NCBI GenBank assembly: GCA_964619895.1
Contig: CAZUFW010000001.1
Coordinates: 965 to 64,964, forward strand
DNA length: 64,000 bases
Origin: an uncultured Clostridia bacterium
Lineage (GTDB): Bacteria > Bacillota > Clostridia > Tissierellales > Proteiniboraceae
Direction: 5' to 3'
Numbering within the stretch: the first letter of the stretch is position 1; each line of letters opens with the position of its first letter. Below the pieces are notes generated by a model. It worked only from the letters and a program-made list of their open reading frames with translations. It ran no database searches and was not told the origin of the DNA. The position numbers and the translations under genes are program-made. Shown here piece after piece: positions 9,950 to 20,683 of this stretch.

Positions 9950-11323
9950 TTATTTTAAGCCTTTCTTCTGGGCCCAGCCCTCTTTGTTTACTTGTCTTGC
10001 CCTTGCTATTGAAAGACTTTCCTTTGGTACGTCTTCAGTAATGGTAGAACCAGCAGCCACATATGCTCCTTCTTCTACTTCTACAGGTGCTACAAGATTC
10101 ACATTGCAACCTATAAACGCATTATCTTGCACTACTGTCTTATGTTTTTTCTTTCCATCATAGTTCACAAATACTGCTCCACATCCTATATTAACACCTT
10201 TTCCTACATATGCATCTCCTATATATGAAAGGTGAGAAGCCTTAGAATTATCGTCTATCCTTGAATTCTTAACTTCTACAAAATCTCCTATCTTTACATT
10301 CTTCCCAATTTCACTATTTGGCCTAAGGTATGCATAAGGACCAATATGGGCATTATCGTCTACTTTACTTTCTAAAATAGTTGATATCTGAGTTTCTACT
10401 TTGTTTCCTATGTTACTATCTACAATTCTGCTGTTTTGCCCTATAATACAATCTTCTCCTATACTTGTCTTTCCTTCAATAATAGCACCAGGATAAATAA
10501 TTGTATCTTTTCCTATGGTTACATCAGCATCTATATAGGTACTTTCAGGATCTAACATAGTAACCCCATTATTCATATGGCTATTGTTAATTCTTTTTCT
10601 CATTATTTTTTCTGCTTCAGCAAGTTGTTGTCTTGAATTAATCCCTTGAATCTCTTCACTATCAAGAATTTTATATCCTCCAACTTTTAGACCTAAATCA
10701 TTAATTATTTTAATTGCATCGGTAATATAGTACTCATTCTGAGCATTATTATTGTCTAACCTGTCCAAAGCCAATTTTAAGCTTTTACCATTAAAACAGT
10801 AAATACCTGAATTAATCTCTTTAATACTTCTTTCTTGTTCACTTGCATCCTTATGTTCAACTATAGCAGTTACATTTCCACTATGGTCTCTTATTATTCT
10901 TCCATAGCCGGTTGGGTCATCAAAATCTGCACTTAAAACAGTTGCTTCATAATTCCCTTTCTTATGAAAGTCTATAATGTTCATTATTGTATCACTAGTA
11001 ATCAACGGAGTGTCTCCATATAAAATTATAACATGACTATTGTCTTCTATATAGTCTTTTGCCTGAATGACAGCAAACCCTGTTCCATATGGTACTCCTT
11101 CTCCTATGGGTTGATCTACAAATAATACATCTTCTTTGATATTATCTCTTACTATGTTACCACCTTTGCCTACTACCACTATATTTTTATCTATTCCGGA
11201 AGCTTTAGCAGTACTTATTACATGGCTTAGTAACGGTTTCCCGCATATCTTATGCATTACTTTAGGAAGCTTTGATTTCATTCTTGTTCCTTCTCCTGCG
11301 GCAAGTATAATAGAAAAAATCAT
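9950..11323 (-). CDS. glmU: Bifunctional UDP-GlcNAc pyrophosphorylase / glucosamine-1-P acetyltransferase
   Basis: LAAGEGTRMKS, GDTPL, NAQNEYYITD, hexapeptide repeats. Confidence 0.98.
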   Translation of the reverse strand: MIFSIILAAGEGTRMKSKLPKVMHKICGKPLLSHVISTAKASGIDKNIVVVGKGGNIVRDNIKEDVLFVDQPIGEGVPYGTGFAVIQAKDYIEDNSHVIILYGDTPLITSDTIMNIIDFHKKGNYEATVLSADFDDPTGYGRIIRDHSGNVTAIVEHKDASEQERSIKEINSGIYCFNGKSLKLALDRLDNNNAQNEYYITDAIKIINDLGLKVGGYKILDSEEIQGINSRQQLAEAEKIMRKRINNSHMNNGVTMLDPESTYIDADVTIGKDTIIYPGAIIEGKTSIGEDCIIGQNSRIVDSNIGNKVETQISTILESKVDDNAHIGPYAYLRPNSEIGKNVKIGDFVEVKNSRIDDNSKASHLSYIGDAYVGKGVNIGCGAVFVNYDGKKKHKTVVQDNAFIGCNVNLVAPVEVEEGAYVAAGSTITEDVPKESLSIARARQVNKEGWAQKKGLK

Positions 11324-11543
11324 TTTTCACACTCCTCGTATCTCATATATATCGCTTATATTATATAAATAATGCTTAGCAATTTTATGTCTATTCATTC
11401 ACATATTTAACCGAATTTGTGTAATTAGTCACCAATATTAATATACTCTTTTACATATAAAAATACAAGATGATATATTAATTTTGTATACAGTATTATA
11501 ATTTTATTTCAAAAAAGTAAAAAGGGTCTATCGACCCTTTAGA

Positions 11544-11804
11544 TTACTCGTTTGTTGCTTTTTCATATTCAGCAAAAACCGCCTCTTGAATTGCATTTCT
11601 TGTTTCTGAATTAATTGGATGAGCTATATCTCTAAACTCTCCATCCGCCATCTTTCTACTAGGCATAGCGATAAACAGTCCATTCTGTCCTTCTATAATT
11701 TTAATATCATGTACAACAAATTCATCATCGAATGTAACTGAAACTATGGCCTTCATCTTTCCCTCGTTGTTGACTTTTCTGACTCTTACGTCTGTTACCT
11801 TCAT
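11544..11804 (-). CDS. spoVG: Septation regulator SpoVG
   Basis: MKVTDVRVR...[11 protein letters not shown]...LFIAMPSRK...FRDIAHPIN; terminator AAGGGTC/GACCCTT at about 11521-11539. Confidence 0.97.
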   Translation of the reverse strand: MKVTDVRVRKVNNEGKMKAIVSVTFDDEFVVHDIKIIEGQNGLFIAMPSRKMADGEFRDIAHPINSETRNAIQEAVFAEYEKATNE

Positions 11805-11860
11805 GAATTCACCACCTTCCCGCGGGGTCTCTGAAACCTAATTTTGAGATTAGTTTTAAT

Positions 11861-11887
11861 ATTCTATATATTTTTGGTAATTCCTTC
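11861..11887 (-). promoter_or_regulatory. Sigma-H-type promoter of spoVG
   Basis: Minus strand GAAGGAATT-N11-ATAGAAT matches the AGGA...GAAT consensus; spoVG is a classic sigma-H gene in B. subtilis. Confidence 0.65.
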
Positions 11888-12273
11888 TTTTTTAACAAAA
11901 AATATTGATATTTTGTATCTTTATACCCATATTCTATTATTTGGTTTATTTTTTTGATTTTTTACTCTTTATTATTATGTTATATTTAATATTAGCAAAA
12001 AAGGTTAGTTTATTACCTAGCTATGGTTTGCCAAGATATATCCTTACTTCCACATTATGCCTATTAAACATGAATATTATACCACTTTATCAACAGCTTT
12101 ATTCACATATCTATCAAATATTTAATATTATAAATTATTTCCTTTTTTAAAAGCCTTTATTATGGTATAATCATCACTGTATCAAGTGGAATAACCATAG
12201 AATATGATAATAATAGTATAATTGTTGGCAATAATATGAATAATCATGTTATTCCTTGTCAGGAGGTAATATA

Positions 12274-13653
12274 ATGTTTTCGTTCAATATACATAGCCAT
12301 AACTTCTCCCATGTCCATTTTATTGGTATTGGTGGAATAAGCATGAGTGGGTTGGCTGAGATTCTTTTAGAGAATGGATATAAGGTTTCAGGATCAGATA
12401 TGAAATCTTCTACTATTCTAAAGAAATTAGAAGATAAAGGTGCTGTAGTAAATATTGGTCACAGTAAAGATAATATAGGCGATGCAGATTTAATAGTGTA
12501 TACTGATGCAATAAGTAAGGATAATCCTGAACTACAAGAGGCTTTTGATAAAAAGATAGTTACTGTAGATAGAGGAACTTTTTTAGGTCAGTTAATGAGG
12601 CTGTATAAAAACTCTATTGCTGTGTCTGGTACTCATGGTAAAACTACAACCACCGGAATGTTATCTGTAATATTTGATGGTTCGCCTTTGGATCCTACAA
12701 TTCTTCTGGGTGGAGAATTAGATCAAATAGGCGGTAATGTTAAAATAGGAAATGGTGAAGTACTTCTTACAGAAGCATGTGAATATAAGGGAAATATTTT
12801 AAAATTTTTTGCAACAATAGGAGTTATATTAAATATAGATGAAGACCATCTGGACTATTATAAAAATTTAAATCATATAATTAACACCTTTTCCGACTTT
12901 GTAAAAATGATACCAGAAGAAGGGTATATTGTTGTAAATAATGATGACAAAAATGTTAAAGAAGCTATAAAAGGTGCCAAGTGTAATGTAATTACCTTTG
13001 GAATCAACAACGATGCTAATTATAAAGCTACTAATATTACTTTTAACGAAAGAGGACTTCCTTCTTTTAAACTAATAATAGATAATAAGGAGTCTTATGA
13101 TATTTCTTTGAGTACAATAGGAATTCATAATGTATATAATGCGCTAGCCGCAATAGCTACAGCCCATATTTGTGGAGTTCCAATAGATTCCATTATTGAT
13201 TCAATAGCTAAATATACTGGAACTCATAGAAGACAAGAGTACAAGGGAAACCTAGAGGGTGCCACAATTATAGATGACTATGCCCACCATCCAACTGCAG
13301 TTAGGGCTACACTATCTGCACTAAGAAATTCTTCTAAGGGTAAAATAATTTGCGCATTCCAACCTCATACTTATACAAGAACTAAGGCACTTTTGCATGA
13401 ATTTGCAAACTCATTTTCAGATGCTGATAAGGTATTGATTGCAGATATATATGCAGCTAGAGAAAAGGATACAGGTATGATTCACTCAAAAGATTTAGCT
13501 AATGAATTAGTTAAAAACGGCGTTGACGCTGAATATCTAGGAACATTTGAAGAAATAAGCGACTATATAAGAAAAAATGCGTCTGAAGGTGATATAATAG
13601 TCACTATGGGAGCAGGAGATATATATATTGTCGGAGAAATGCTTCTTAAATAA
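12274..13653 (+). CDS. murC: UDP-N-acetylmuramate--L-alanine ligase
   Basis: HFIGIGGISMSGLA, GTHGKTTTT, DDYAHHPT, FQPHTYTRT; start set at ATG after AGGAGG. Confidence 0.97.
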   Translation: MFSFNIHSHNFSHVHFIGIGGISMSGLAEILLENGYKVSGSDMKSSTILKKLEDKGAVVNIGHSKDNIGDADLIVYTDAISKDNPELQEAFDKKIVTVDRGTFLGQLMRLYKNSIAVSGTHGKTTTTGMLSVIFDGSPLDPTILLGGELDQIGGNVKIGNGEVLLTEACEYKGNILKFFATIGVILNIDEDHLDYYKNLNHIINTFSDFVKMIPEEGYIVVNNDDKNVKEAIKGAKCNVITFGINNDANYKATNITFNERGLPSFKLIIDNKESYDISLSTIGIHNVYNALAAIATAHICGVPIDSIIDSIAKYTGTHRRQEYKGNLEGATIIDDYAHHPTAVRATLSALRNSSKGKIICAFQPHTYTRTKALLHEFANSFSDADKVLIADIYAAREKDTGMIHSKDLANELVKNGVDAEYLGTFEEISDYIRKNASEGDIIVTMGAGDIYIVGEMLLK

Positions 13654-13672
13654 GAATACCTTATGGATACCA

Positions 13673-13697
13673 AAAGCCTGCAATTTGCAGGCTTTTT
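13673..13697 (+). terminator. Terminator between convergent murC and LCP genes
   Basis: AAAAGCCTGCAA-t-TTGCAGGCTTTT. Confidence 0.75.
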
Positions 13698-13801
13698 ACT
13701 TGTAGTTAGTTCTTAGATTCTTCGCCAACCTTAATTTAGTACGTAGGACATTAATTAGGAGTACCGCTAGGCTCGCTCAAAACAACAGATCTTTAGCTAC
13801 T

Positions 13802-14785
13802 CTAATTTTCTCCAGCAGCATCCTCTTGTACATCGTAAAGTTTCATCATCAATTCTTTTACTTTCACAGGATCATGTATAAAATAAGATCTTTCTTGATT
13901 GCCGTATGTCCTATATTCTGCATCCCCTGGCAACGTAGTCATAGATATATTATCCACATCAAATCCGATTAAACCAGCAGCATATCCCAATGCGTCTGAT
14001 AATTTAACATCAGTTTTTACATAATCAAAGGCTGTGTTTACTACATTTATGAGCTTAAGGCTTAAGGATTTCTTTATAGCTGATTTCATAAACTGCTGTT
14101 GGGCCCTTATCCTTCCTAAGTCTCCGTCACGGTAGCCTACTGTCATGTCATTATTGTGTCTAAATCTTAAAAATTTTACTGATTGCTCTCCATTTAATAC
14201 TTGCTTTCCCTTTGGTATGTCTATACGTAAAGGCGGCTTATCTGTTGGGTCATAATATTCCATATGAAAAGGTACATTAACTTCAACACCGCCAATGGAA
14301 TCCACAATCTTTTCCACACCTTTATAATCTATCATAATGTAATTATGAACAGGTACTTGTCCTAAAATTTCTTCTACTGCTTTTTTAGTTCCTTCTACTT
14401 TCTTTCTTCCATATACTGCATTTATCTTTCTTTGATCTGCATGCTCATAGCCCTTTGTATAATAATAACTATCCCTAGGTATAGATATCATATCTATCTT
14501 CTTTGCTTTTGGATCATAGCTTGCAAAAATCATTGTGTCAGATCTAATGTCCTCCATGCCCATAAGCAAAAAGTTTACCCTTTTGCTTAATGCTATGGCT
14601 TTTTGAAGAGGGTCTTTAGGCTCCTCATTCTTTAGATTATTATCTCCATCTTTATTATCTTCGTCTGCAACACCTGGATCTTCTTCTGATGGCACATATA
14701 TTTTCGAATAAGTATATACCCCTGCGCCCACAGCTAGTAGAAAACATATAAAGGCAATAGAAAAGATTTTAAAAAAATGTTTCAA
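13802..14785 (-). CDS. LCP (LytR-CpsA-Psr) family cell-wall polymer ligase
   Basis: N-terminal TM helix, RSDTM, SIPRDS, KINAVY, FLRFRH, GDLGRIRAQQ motifs. Confidence 0.93.
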   Translation of the reverse strand: MKHFFKIFSIAFICFLLAVGAGVYTYSKIYVPSEEDPGVADEDNKDGDNNLKNEEPKDPLQKAIALSKRVNFLLMGMEDIRSDTMIFASYDPKAKKIDMISIPRDSYYYTKGYEHADQRKINAVYGRKKVEGTKKAVEEILGQVPVHNYIMIDYKGVEKIVDSIGGVEVNVPFHMEYYDPTDKPPLRIDIPKGKQVLNGEQSVKFLRFRHNNDMTVGYRDGDLGRIRAQQQFMKSAIKKSLSLKLINVVNTAFDYVKTDVKLSDALGYAAGLIGFDVDNISMTTLPGDAEYRTYGNQERSYFIHDPVKVKELMMKLYDVQEDAAGEN

Positions 14786-15013
14786 TATTCACACCTACCT
14801 TCGGTTTTATGAAGACATTAAATTCTAGTTGATTTCAAAACTGTTATTCCCTTATAAATTGAATTTAATTAATACTAGTTTACCAAAATTATAACATATT
14901 ACAGAATATTAAAAAGTTAAAATTGTATTACAAATCAAAAAATACAAAAAATATCCACAGGTTTTATTATTTCCCCTGCGGATATCCACAAAATTCGTCC
15001 TTATTGTGCAAAA

Positions 15014-15859
15014 CTATTTAGTGTAATCGTAAAATCCTTTTCCAGTCTTTCTTCCTAAAAGTCCTCCTCTAACCATCTTTCTTAAAAGAGGATGAGGTCT
15101 ATATTTTGAATCTCCAAATTCATTGTACAGTACTTCCATAATAGCTAGACATACATCATTTCCTATTAAGTCAGCTAATGCTAAAGGTCCCATAGGATGG
15201 TTAGCACCTAGCTTCATTGCTTCGTCTATATCTTCTGCCTTTGCTACTCCATCTGCTAATATTCCAACAGCTTCATTTATCATAGGTATTAATATTCTAT
15301 TCACTACAAATCCAGGAGCTTCTTCAACTTCTACAGGTGTCTTCCCTAATTTCTTCGCTAATTCAACTATTTTGGTCTTAGTTTCATCAGACGTTATAAT
15401 ACCTTTTATTACTTCAACCAGCTTCATTACAGGTACAGGGTTAAAAAAATGCATTCCTATAACTTTATCTGGTCTATTAGTAGCATTACCTATTTCAGTA
15501 ATTGATAAAGATGAAGTATTTGTTGCAAGTATTGCTTCAGGCTTACATATTCCATCTAATTCCCTAAATATCTGTTTCTTGATTTCCATATTTTCAACAG
15601 CTGCTTCTACTACTAAGTCTGCATCCTTAGCTAATTCAATGTCTGTAGTAATTGTAATCCTTGATAAGATTTCACTTTTTTCATCTTCTGTAAGCTTTCC
15701 TTTTTGTACGCTTCTTTCAAGGCTTTTCTTTATATTGTTTAATCCTCTCTCTATGTATGCTTCTTCAATATCTCTCATAACTACTTCATAACCTGATCCA
15801 GCAAAAGTTTGAACTATTCCAGAGCCCATTGTACCTGCGCCTAGCACGAAAATTTTCAC
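15014..15859 (-). CDS. hbd: 3-hydroxybutyryl-CoA dehydrogenase
   Basis: [34 protein letters not shown]; GTG start after AAGGAG. Confidence 0.96.
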   Translation of the reverse strand: MKIFVLGAGTMGSGIVQTFAGSGYEVVMRDIEEAYIERGLNNIKKSLERSVQKGKLTEDEKSEILSRITITTDIELAKDADLVVEAAVENMEIKKQIFRELDGICKPEAILATNTSSLSITEIGNATNRPDKVIGMHFFNPVPVMKLVEVIKGIITSDETKTKIVELAKKLGKTPVEVEEAPGFVVNRILIPMINEAVGILADGVAKAEDIDEAMKLGANHPMGPLALADLIGNDVCLAIMEVLYNEFGDSKYRPHPLLRKMVRGGLLGRKTGKGFYDYTK

Positions 15860-15922
15860 AATAACCACTCCTTCTTATTATTTTTATCATTATAGTAATT
15901 CACTTTTACATAATAATATATC

Positions 15923-16702
15923 CTACTTAAGCTTGAATTCAGGGTTTCTCTTCTCTACGAATGCATTCATCCCCTCTTTTTGATCTTCCGTAGCAAAACA
16001 AAGTCCAAACAAGTCTCTTTCTATGGCCATTCCCGTCTCGATGTCTGTCTCTATTCCTCTATTTATTGCAACTTTGGAATATCTTACAGCAATTTGACCC
16101 TTTGATGCTATTTTCTTTGCCATTTCCATAGCTATATCTAGTAACTCTTCTTGTGATACAACCTTATTAACTAATCCGATTTTCTCTGCTTCCTGAGCAT
16201 TTATCATATCAGCTGTAAATATTAATTCTTTAGCTTTTGCTATGCCTACAAGTCTAGATAATCTTTGTGTACCTGCAAATCCTGGGGTAATCCCAAGACC
16301 AACTTCAGGTTGTCCAAATCTTGCCTTCTCCCCTGCAATCCTAATATCGCAACTCATAGCTAATTCACAGCCTCCGCCTAATGCAAAGCCATTCACTGCT
16401 GCTATAACAGGCTTTTCCATAAGCTCAAGTTTTCTAAATACTTCAATTCCAAGCTTAGCAAATGTTCTTGCCTCTTCTGCATTTTTGTCTTTCATTTCCA
16501 CGATGTCTGCTCCTGCAACAAATGCCTTACCTTCCCCTGTTATTATTAATACAAAAATATCCTGATCATTTTCAACTATCTCAATTGCGTCTCCTAATTC
16601 TTTTAACACTTCAGTTGTTAAGGCATTTAGTGCATTAGGTCGGTTAATGCTTAATATGCAAATATTCCCTTCCTTCTTTAGTAGAAGATTGCTAAAGTTC
16701 AT
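15923..16702 (-). CDS. crt: Short-chain enoyl-CoA hydratase (crotonase)
   Basis: FVAGADI, GFALGGGCELA, GQPEVGLGITPGFAGTQRL; start at MNFSN after GGAGG. Confidence 0.95.
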   Translation of the reverse strand: MNFSNLLLKKEGNICILSINRPNALNALTTEVLKELGDAIEIVENDQDIFVLIITGEGKAFVAGADIVEMKDKNAEEARTFAKLGIEVFRKLELMEKPVIAAVNGFALGGGCELAMSCDIRIAGEKARFGQPEVGLGITPGFAGTQRLSRLVGIAKAKELIFTADMINAQEAEKIGLVNKVVSQEELLDIAMEMAKKIASKGQIAVRYSKVAINRGIETDIETGMAIERDLFGLCFATEDQKEGMNAFVEKRNPEFKLK

Positions 16703-16772
16703 ACTACCCCTCCATTCCTTATTATAATATATATTTATAAAAATTCTTCCTCTTATATTATATATCATCTGA

Positions 16773-16790
16773 TTGTTATTTTTATAACAA
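16773..16790. promoter_or_regulatory. Rex (NADH/NAD+ sensor) operator upstream of crt-hbd
   Basis: TTGTTA-N6-TAACAA palindrome; Rex controls the crt operon in clostridia. Confidence 0.7.
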
Positions 16791-16834
16791 TTTAATCATT
16801 TCAAAAATTTAATGTTGTTCCATTTTCATTTTAC

Positions 16835-17230
16835 CTATTTTCTTTCCTTTAACAAATCTCTAATTTCAGTAAGTAAGATTTCCTCTTTAGTTGGCTCAGC
16901 AGGCTTTGGTTTCTCTTCTTCTTTTTTCTTAAATGAATTTATAGCTTTAATAAAAAGGAATATTGAAAAAGAAATAATTAAAAAGTCAATAACTGATTGA
17001 ATAAATTGTCCGTAATTTAGAAAAAGCGCCTCTGCTCCTTCTGTTGCTTCTCTCAACGGTAACTTTTTATCTGTAAAGCTTATGCCTCCTAATAAAAGTC
17101 CTAATAATGGCATAACTACATCGTTTACAAGAGAACTAACGATTTTACCAAAAGCCCCCCCGATAATAACCCCTACCGCTAAATCAACTACATTTCCTCT
17201 CATTGCAAATTTTTTAAATTCTTTAAGCAT
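16835..17230 (-). CDS. mscL: Large-conductance mechanosensitive channel
   Basis: [32 protein letters not shown]...LLTEIRDLL. Confidence 0.97.
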   Translation of the reverse strand: MLKEFKKFAMRGNVVDLAVGVIIGGAFGKIVSSLVNDVVMPLLGLLLGGISFTDKKLPLREATEGAEALFLNYGQFIQSVIDFLIISFSIFLFIKAINSFKKKEEEKPKPAEPTKEEILLTEIRDLLKERK

Positions 17231-17427
17231 GTGTTTACCTCCGCATCATTTAATTTTTTTACTTTTAAATATATTCCCGCTTTAACAGCTCTTCAAACAT
17301 ATAGAGATTCTCTGTTATTCTTGTTGATTCAAGTTGTAGAGTAAATACTTTGCTACAGGTTTTTATATATAATTGTTATTTATAGTTAATTATATCACAT
17401 TTTTTTGACAAAAAGAAAAGAGAGTTA

Positions 17428-18171
17428 TTAGCTCTCTTTCTCACCATTAATCAATATTTTAACCTTATCTACTTTTACATTTTTCCTAGATCTTTTCACT
17501 GCCTCATTTACTGCCATAACTATTCCATTGCAACAAGGAACCTCCATGTGAGCCACTGTAATCCCCGTAATATCATTATTTGAAATTATGTTAGTTAATT
17601 TCTCAACATAATAATTTATATCATCAAGCTTTGGACAGCCTATGACTACTGATTTGTTTTTGAGTAAATCTAGGTGATAATTTGGATATGCAAAAGGAAC
17701 ACAATCAGCAGTTACTAACAGCTCTTTACCATCAAAATATGAAGCTTTTTCTGGTACTAGCATTAGTTGAACAGGCCATTGTGATAACTGTGGTTTTATA
17801 TTTATTTCAATATCACCTATGGATACAGAAGTTAAAGTATGGCTTTTCTCATTTCTTTCAATAGTCATAGCTCTACTTCCAGGACACCCACCTCCATGAT
17901 GGTGTTCTGATGGAGATTGTTTTCTATTTAAACTTTCTAAATGTTTTGCTGCTACCTCTTCGTCAAACTCATCTGCTTCTCTTTCAATTATTTCAATAGC
18001 TCCTACTGGACAATGGCCAATACATTTTCCTAAACCATCACATAAATTTTCTGATATTAGTTTTGCTTTTCCATTAACTATCTTAATAGCACTCTCTGCA
18101 CATCCTTTTGTGCAGAGACCACATCCAATGCACTTTTCTTCATCTATATTCATTATTTTTCTAATAGCCAT
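17428..18171 (-). CDS. 4Fe-4S dicluster protein (FrdX-like, usually hcp-associated)
   Basis: CIGCGLCTKGC and CDGLGKCIGHCP clusters, GCPGS, QWPVQL, ADCVPF, GCPKLDD, MEVPCC. Confidence 0.8.
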   Translation of the reverse strand: MAIRKIMNIDEEKCIGCGLCTKGCAESAIKIVNGKAKLISENLCDGLGKCIGHCPVGAIEIIEREADEFDEEVAAKHLESLNRKQSPSEHHHGGGCPGSRAMTIERNEKSHTLTSVSIGDIEINIKPQLSQWPVQLMLVPEKASYFDGKELLVTADCVPFAYPNYHLDLLKNKSVVIGCPKLDDINYYVEKLTNIISNNDITGITVAHMEVPCCNGIVMAVNEAVKRSRKNVKVDKVKILINGEKES

Positions 18172-18259
18172 TTTTGCACCCCTTCATCATGTTATATTTC
18201 ATTATATTTCTATTATAATTAAACATCTATAATAATACATGAAAAAGCGCACAAAAATC

Positions 18260-18275
18260 TGTGATGTTCATCACA
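18260..18275. promoter_or_regulatory. Crp/Fnr-family (HcpR-like) binding site upstream of the 4Fe-4S gene
   Basis: Perfect TGTGA-N6-TCACA; a minus-strand TATTAT -10 at 18232-18237 gives class-II activator geometry. Confidence 0.7.
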
Positions 18276-18315
18276 ATTATATATAACTTGAATATTTAAT
18301 AAAAAATACACTCAA

Positions 18316-19347
18316 TTACGGTTTTGCCCATGGATAACTCTTACAGCTCATTTCGAAAATAGGTTTATAATATATGAGTTCACATTCTGCGTCAGTTTCT
18401 TTTCCAGTAATGTAAGAAATGTTAGGGAAAAATTTTCTTAAATTATTTATGTCTGTTTTATTTTCTAAATAATTAATTGTGGTTTTTATCATATCTAGGT
18501 TTTCCTTTACTACTAGGTCGTATATATCATAAAAGCTTTCGGAATATCTCTCGTTTTTATCGCATGGATGATTCCAAGGATTGCGTTTAGTGTTCATGTA
18601 ATCATACCTATTATCAATTTTCCTTGGATAGATAAGAGTGCTATATTCTATTTTATCCTTTACTATTCTATCAACAGCCCTCATCAAAGTCTTCTTTATA
18701 CCTAATGGATCATATGAAAGCATTAGGACTGTTTTCATATCTCTATAAGAATCATTTATAAAATTTATTACCTCTTTAGGATTATATATCTTACTTAATA
18801 TGTAAACATAATAGTCTATAATACTTTTAGGAAGGGAGATGCCTATATTGATTTCTTCGTATATAGGATATCTATGGCTTTCTAAACCTTTTCTTTCTTT
18901 CATTAATATAGTATCTATAATTAGTTCAAGTCTTTTGTGATAACCACCATATTTACGAGTTTCTGGTTTTCCTTTTTCTTGTTTTCCTGAATAGTAGTAT
19001 ATATATGGATGAGCTTTTCTATCTAAACCAAAATGACATATAAGTCCGCTTATATAGGCAAATAGTAAATTGAAATCTGCCTGATTTGCCATTTTTTCTT
19101 TTATGTATTTTATACTTTCTATTAGAAAATCTCCTGTTTTTTCTCTGTGCATCATTCTGCCAAACTTAAGTCCTCTTTTTATTTTTGCAAAAGACATGAA
19201 GTCGTTATAAAAAAACATATCTGGTCCTTGGCATCCTAAATTAAATAATTTCTCTTTTTCTAATATAATTGTTCTCCAGCTTTGTTCTAATCCTTGTACT
19301 GTATCATGGCCACATAATATATGAGTAAATATGTCTGGCATATACAT
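18316..19347 (-). CDS. Zinc-dependent phospholipase C family protein
   Basis: MPDIFTH, LGCQGPDMFFY, CHFGLDRKAHPYIYY, HKRLE motifs. Confidence 0.8.
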   Translation of the reverse strand: MYMPDIFTHILCGHDTVQGLEQSWRTIILEKEKLFNLGCQGPDMFFYNDFMSFAKIKRGLKFGRMMHREKTGDFLIESIKYIKEKMANQADFNLLFAYISGLICHFGLDRKAHPYIYYYSGKQEKGKPETRKYGGYHKRLELIIDTILMKERKGLESHRYPIYEEINIGISLPKSIIDYYVYILSKIYNPKEVINFINDSYRDMKTVLMLSYDPLGIKKTLMRAVDRIVKDKIEYSTLIYPRKIDNRYDYMNTKRNPWNHPCDKNERYSESFYDIYDLVVKENLDMIKTTINYLENKTDINNLRKFFPNISYITGKETDAECELIYYKPIFEMSCKSYPWAKP

Positions 19348-19441
19348 AAACCTCCTAGAAAATATCTTATTTATATTGTCTAGTATATTTTGAACAAAAG
19401 TTTATGCTAATATTAAAATAAAAAAAGCAGGTTTTTTCCTG

Positions 19442-19732
19442 CTAAATGTCAATGCCTTCAACTGCAATCTCTTTATTGGGCAAATCAGAAGCATAATCAG
19501 ACATCTTTATTTTGATTTTTTCTCCTGTTTTAGCTTCTTTAAATAAATATATTTTAATATTATCTAAATTATATAACTTAAAATTTTCAAGGGCCTCCGG
19601 CTCTCTAGTCCTTACAAAAATTTCAGGCCTAGGACTTCAGCAGCTTCCAACTATTTCTGTATATATTGTAAGTGCATTTTTACCTAAAGTTTTAAGGTAT
19701 TGTTTTGCTTTATCATCTATGATAATTTCCAT
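19442..19732 (-). CDS. Small putative selenoprotein, CC/Se-motif (HesB-like) type, GSC-U, 96 aa
   Basis: Absent from ORF track. AGGAGGT RBS, ATG 19732, MEIIIDDKAKQYLKTLGKNALTIYTEIVGSC-[TGA 19637-19639]-SPRPEIFVRTREPEALENFKLYNLDNIKIYLFK...EGIDI-TAG; AGTCCT/AGGACT stem directly after UGA. Confidence 0.82.
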
Positions 19733-19907
19733 ACTGTTACCTCCTCAACATCATCTTCTCTCAATTTCAGTACTTCATTAACTAATATACCCATTTAATT
19801 CACTAAATATCTTTAATTAGGGAAAAGATTCATTATTAAACAATTTCATTTTTGAATCAAAAAGGTTATTATATAATTATAACTAGAAACTACTAGGAGG
19901 AATAAAA

Positions 19908-20639
19908 TTGAAGGATATTAAAGGTAAATTAGCTATTTTTCTAGTTTGCGCACTATTAGGTATTATCCTTTCTATACAATTTAATACTACTCAAAATGTT
20001 ACAGATGGAGTTAATCCTGTTACTAAGTCTAAAGCACTATTAGCAGAACTGAATAAGTTAGAGAGCCAAAAGGAGCGAGCTAAAAAAGAGCTATCGGGAA
20101 TTGAAAATAAAATTAAACAACTAGAGGAAAACGAAGGTGAGAAAGATCATTACCTAAAAGCCCTTTATCAAGAGTTAGAAAAATATAATATGTTTTTAGG
20201 ATACAAAGACATACAAGGTCCTGGTATCCAAATAGAAATAAATGAGCCAGAAATGGAAGCTATTTATGATGATGGAACTAGCATTGTAGCAGATAATTAT
20301 GATTGTATTTTACAAATAATTAGTTCTCTAAATGCTGCTAACGCTGAATCTATCTCAATAAATGATATAAGATATACCCCTTATTCTACCCTTGATGAAG
20401 TAAATAATGCAATAATATTTGATAATCATATCATTAATACTCCTGTCATAATAAGAGCTATAGGAGATCCGAAGGAACTAGAATCGAATGTAACTTTTAA
20501 GGGTGGAATATTGGATTATATGAAAAGAGAATTAAAGCTTAAAATTACTGTTTCTAAAAAGGATGAAGTAGTAATATCAGGTCTGCATAAGAAAATAGAG
20601 GTAAAGTATATAAAACCTGTTGATAATTTAGATAATTAA
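19908..20639 (+). CDS. DUF881 family protein
   Basis: N-terminal TM, coiled coil, GPGIQIEI, LNAANAESISINDIR, IRAIGDP motifs. Confidence 0.85.
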   Translation: MKDIKGKLAIFLVCALLGIILSIQFNTTQNVTDGVNPVTKSKALLAELNKLESQKERAKKELSGIENKIKQLEENEGEKDHYLKALYQELEKYNMFLGYKDIQGPGIQIEINEPEMEAIYDDGTSIVADNYDCILQIISSLNAANAESISINDIRYTPYSTLDEVNNAIIFDNHIINTPVIIRAIGDPKELESNVTFKGGILDYMKRELKLKITVSKKDEVVISGLHKKIEVKYIKPVDNLDN

Positions 20640-20683
20640 ATTCACATAAAAAAATTATAAGGGCTGGAGAGAATCCAGCCCTG

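Noticed and set aside
11905-12150. 81-aa ORF between spoVG and murC
   Set aside because: TTG start without RBS, low-complexity F/I/L/Y composition typical of AT-rich promoter DNA; no PurR similarity seen.
14951-14990. DnaA-box-like ATATCCACA pair suggesting an origin
   Set aside because: One mismatch each, only two copies, and they overlap the ATATCCACAGG/CCTGCGGATAT stem that is better explained as the hbd terminator.
19512-19781. 89-aa plus-strand ORF
   Set aside because: Antisense shadow of the CC/Se selenoprotein gene; no RBS.
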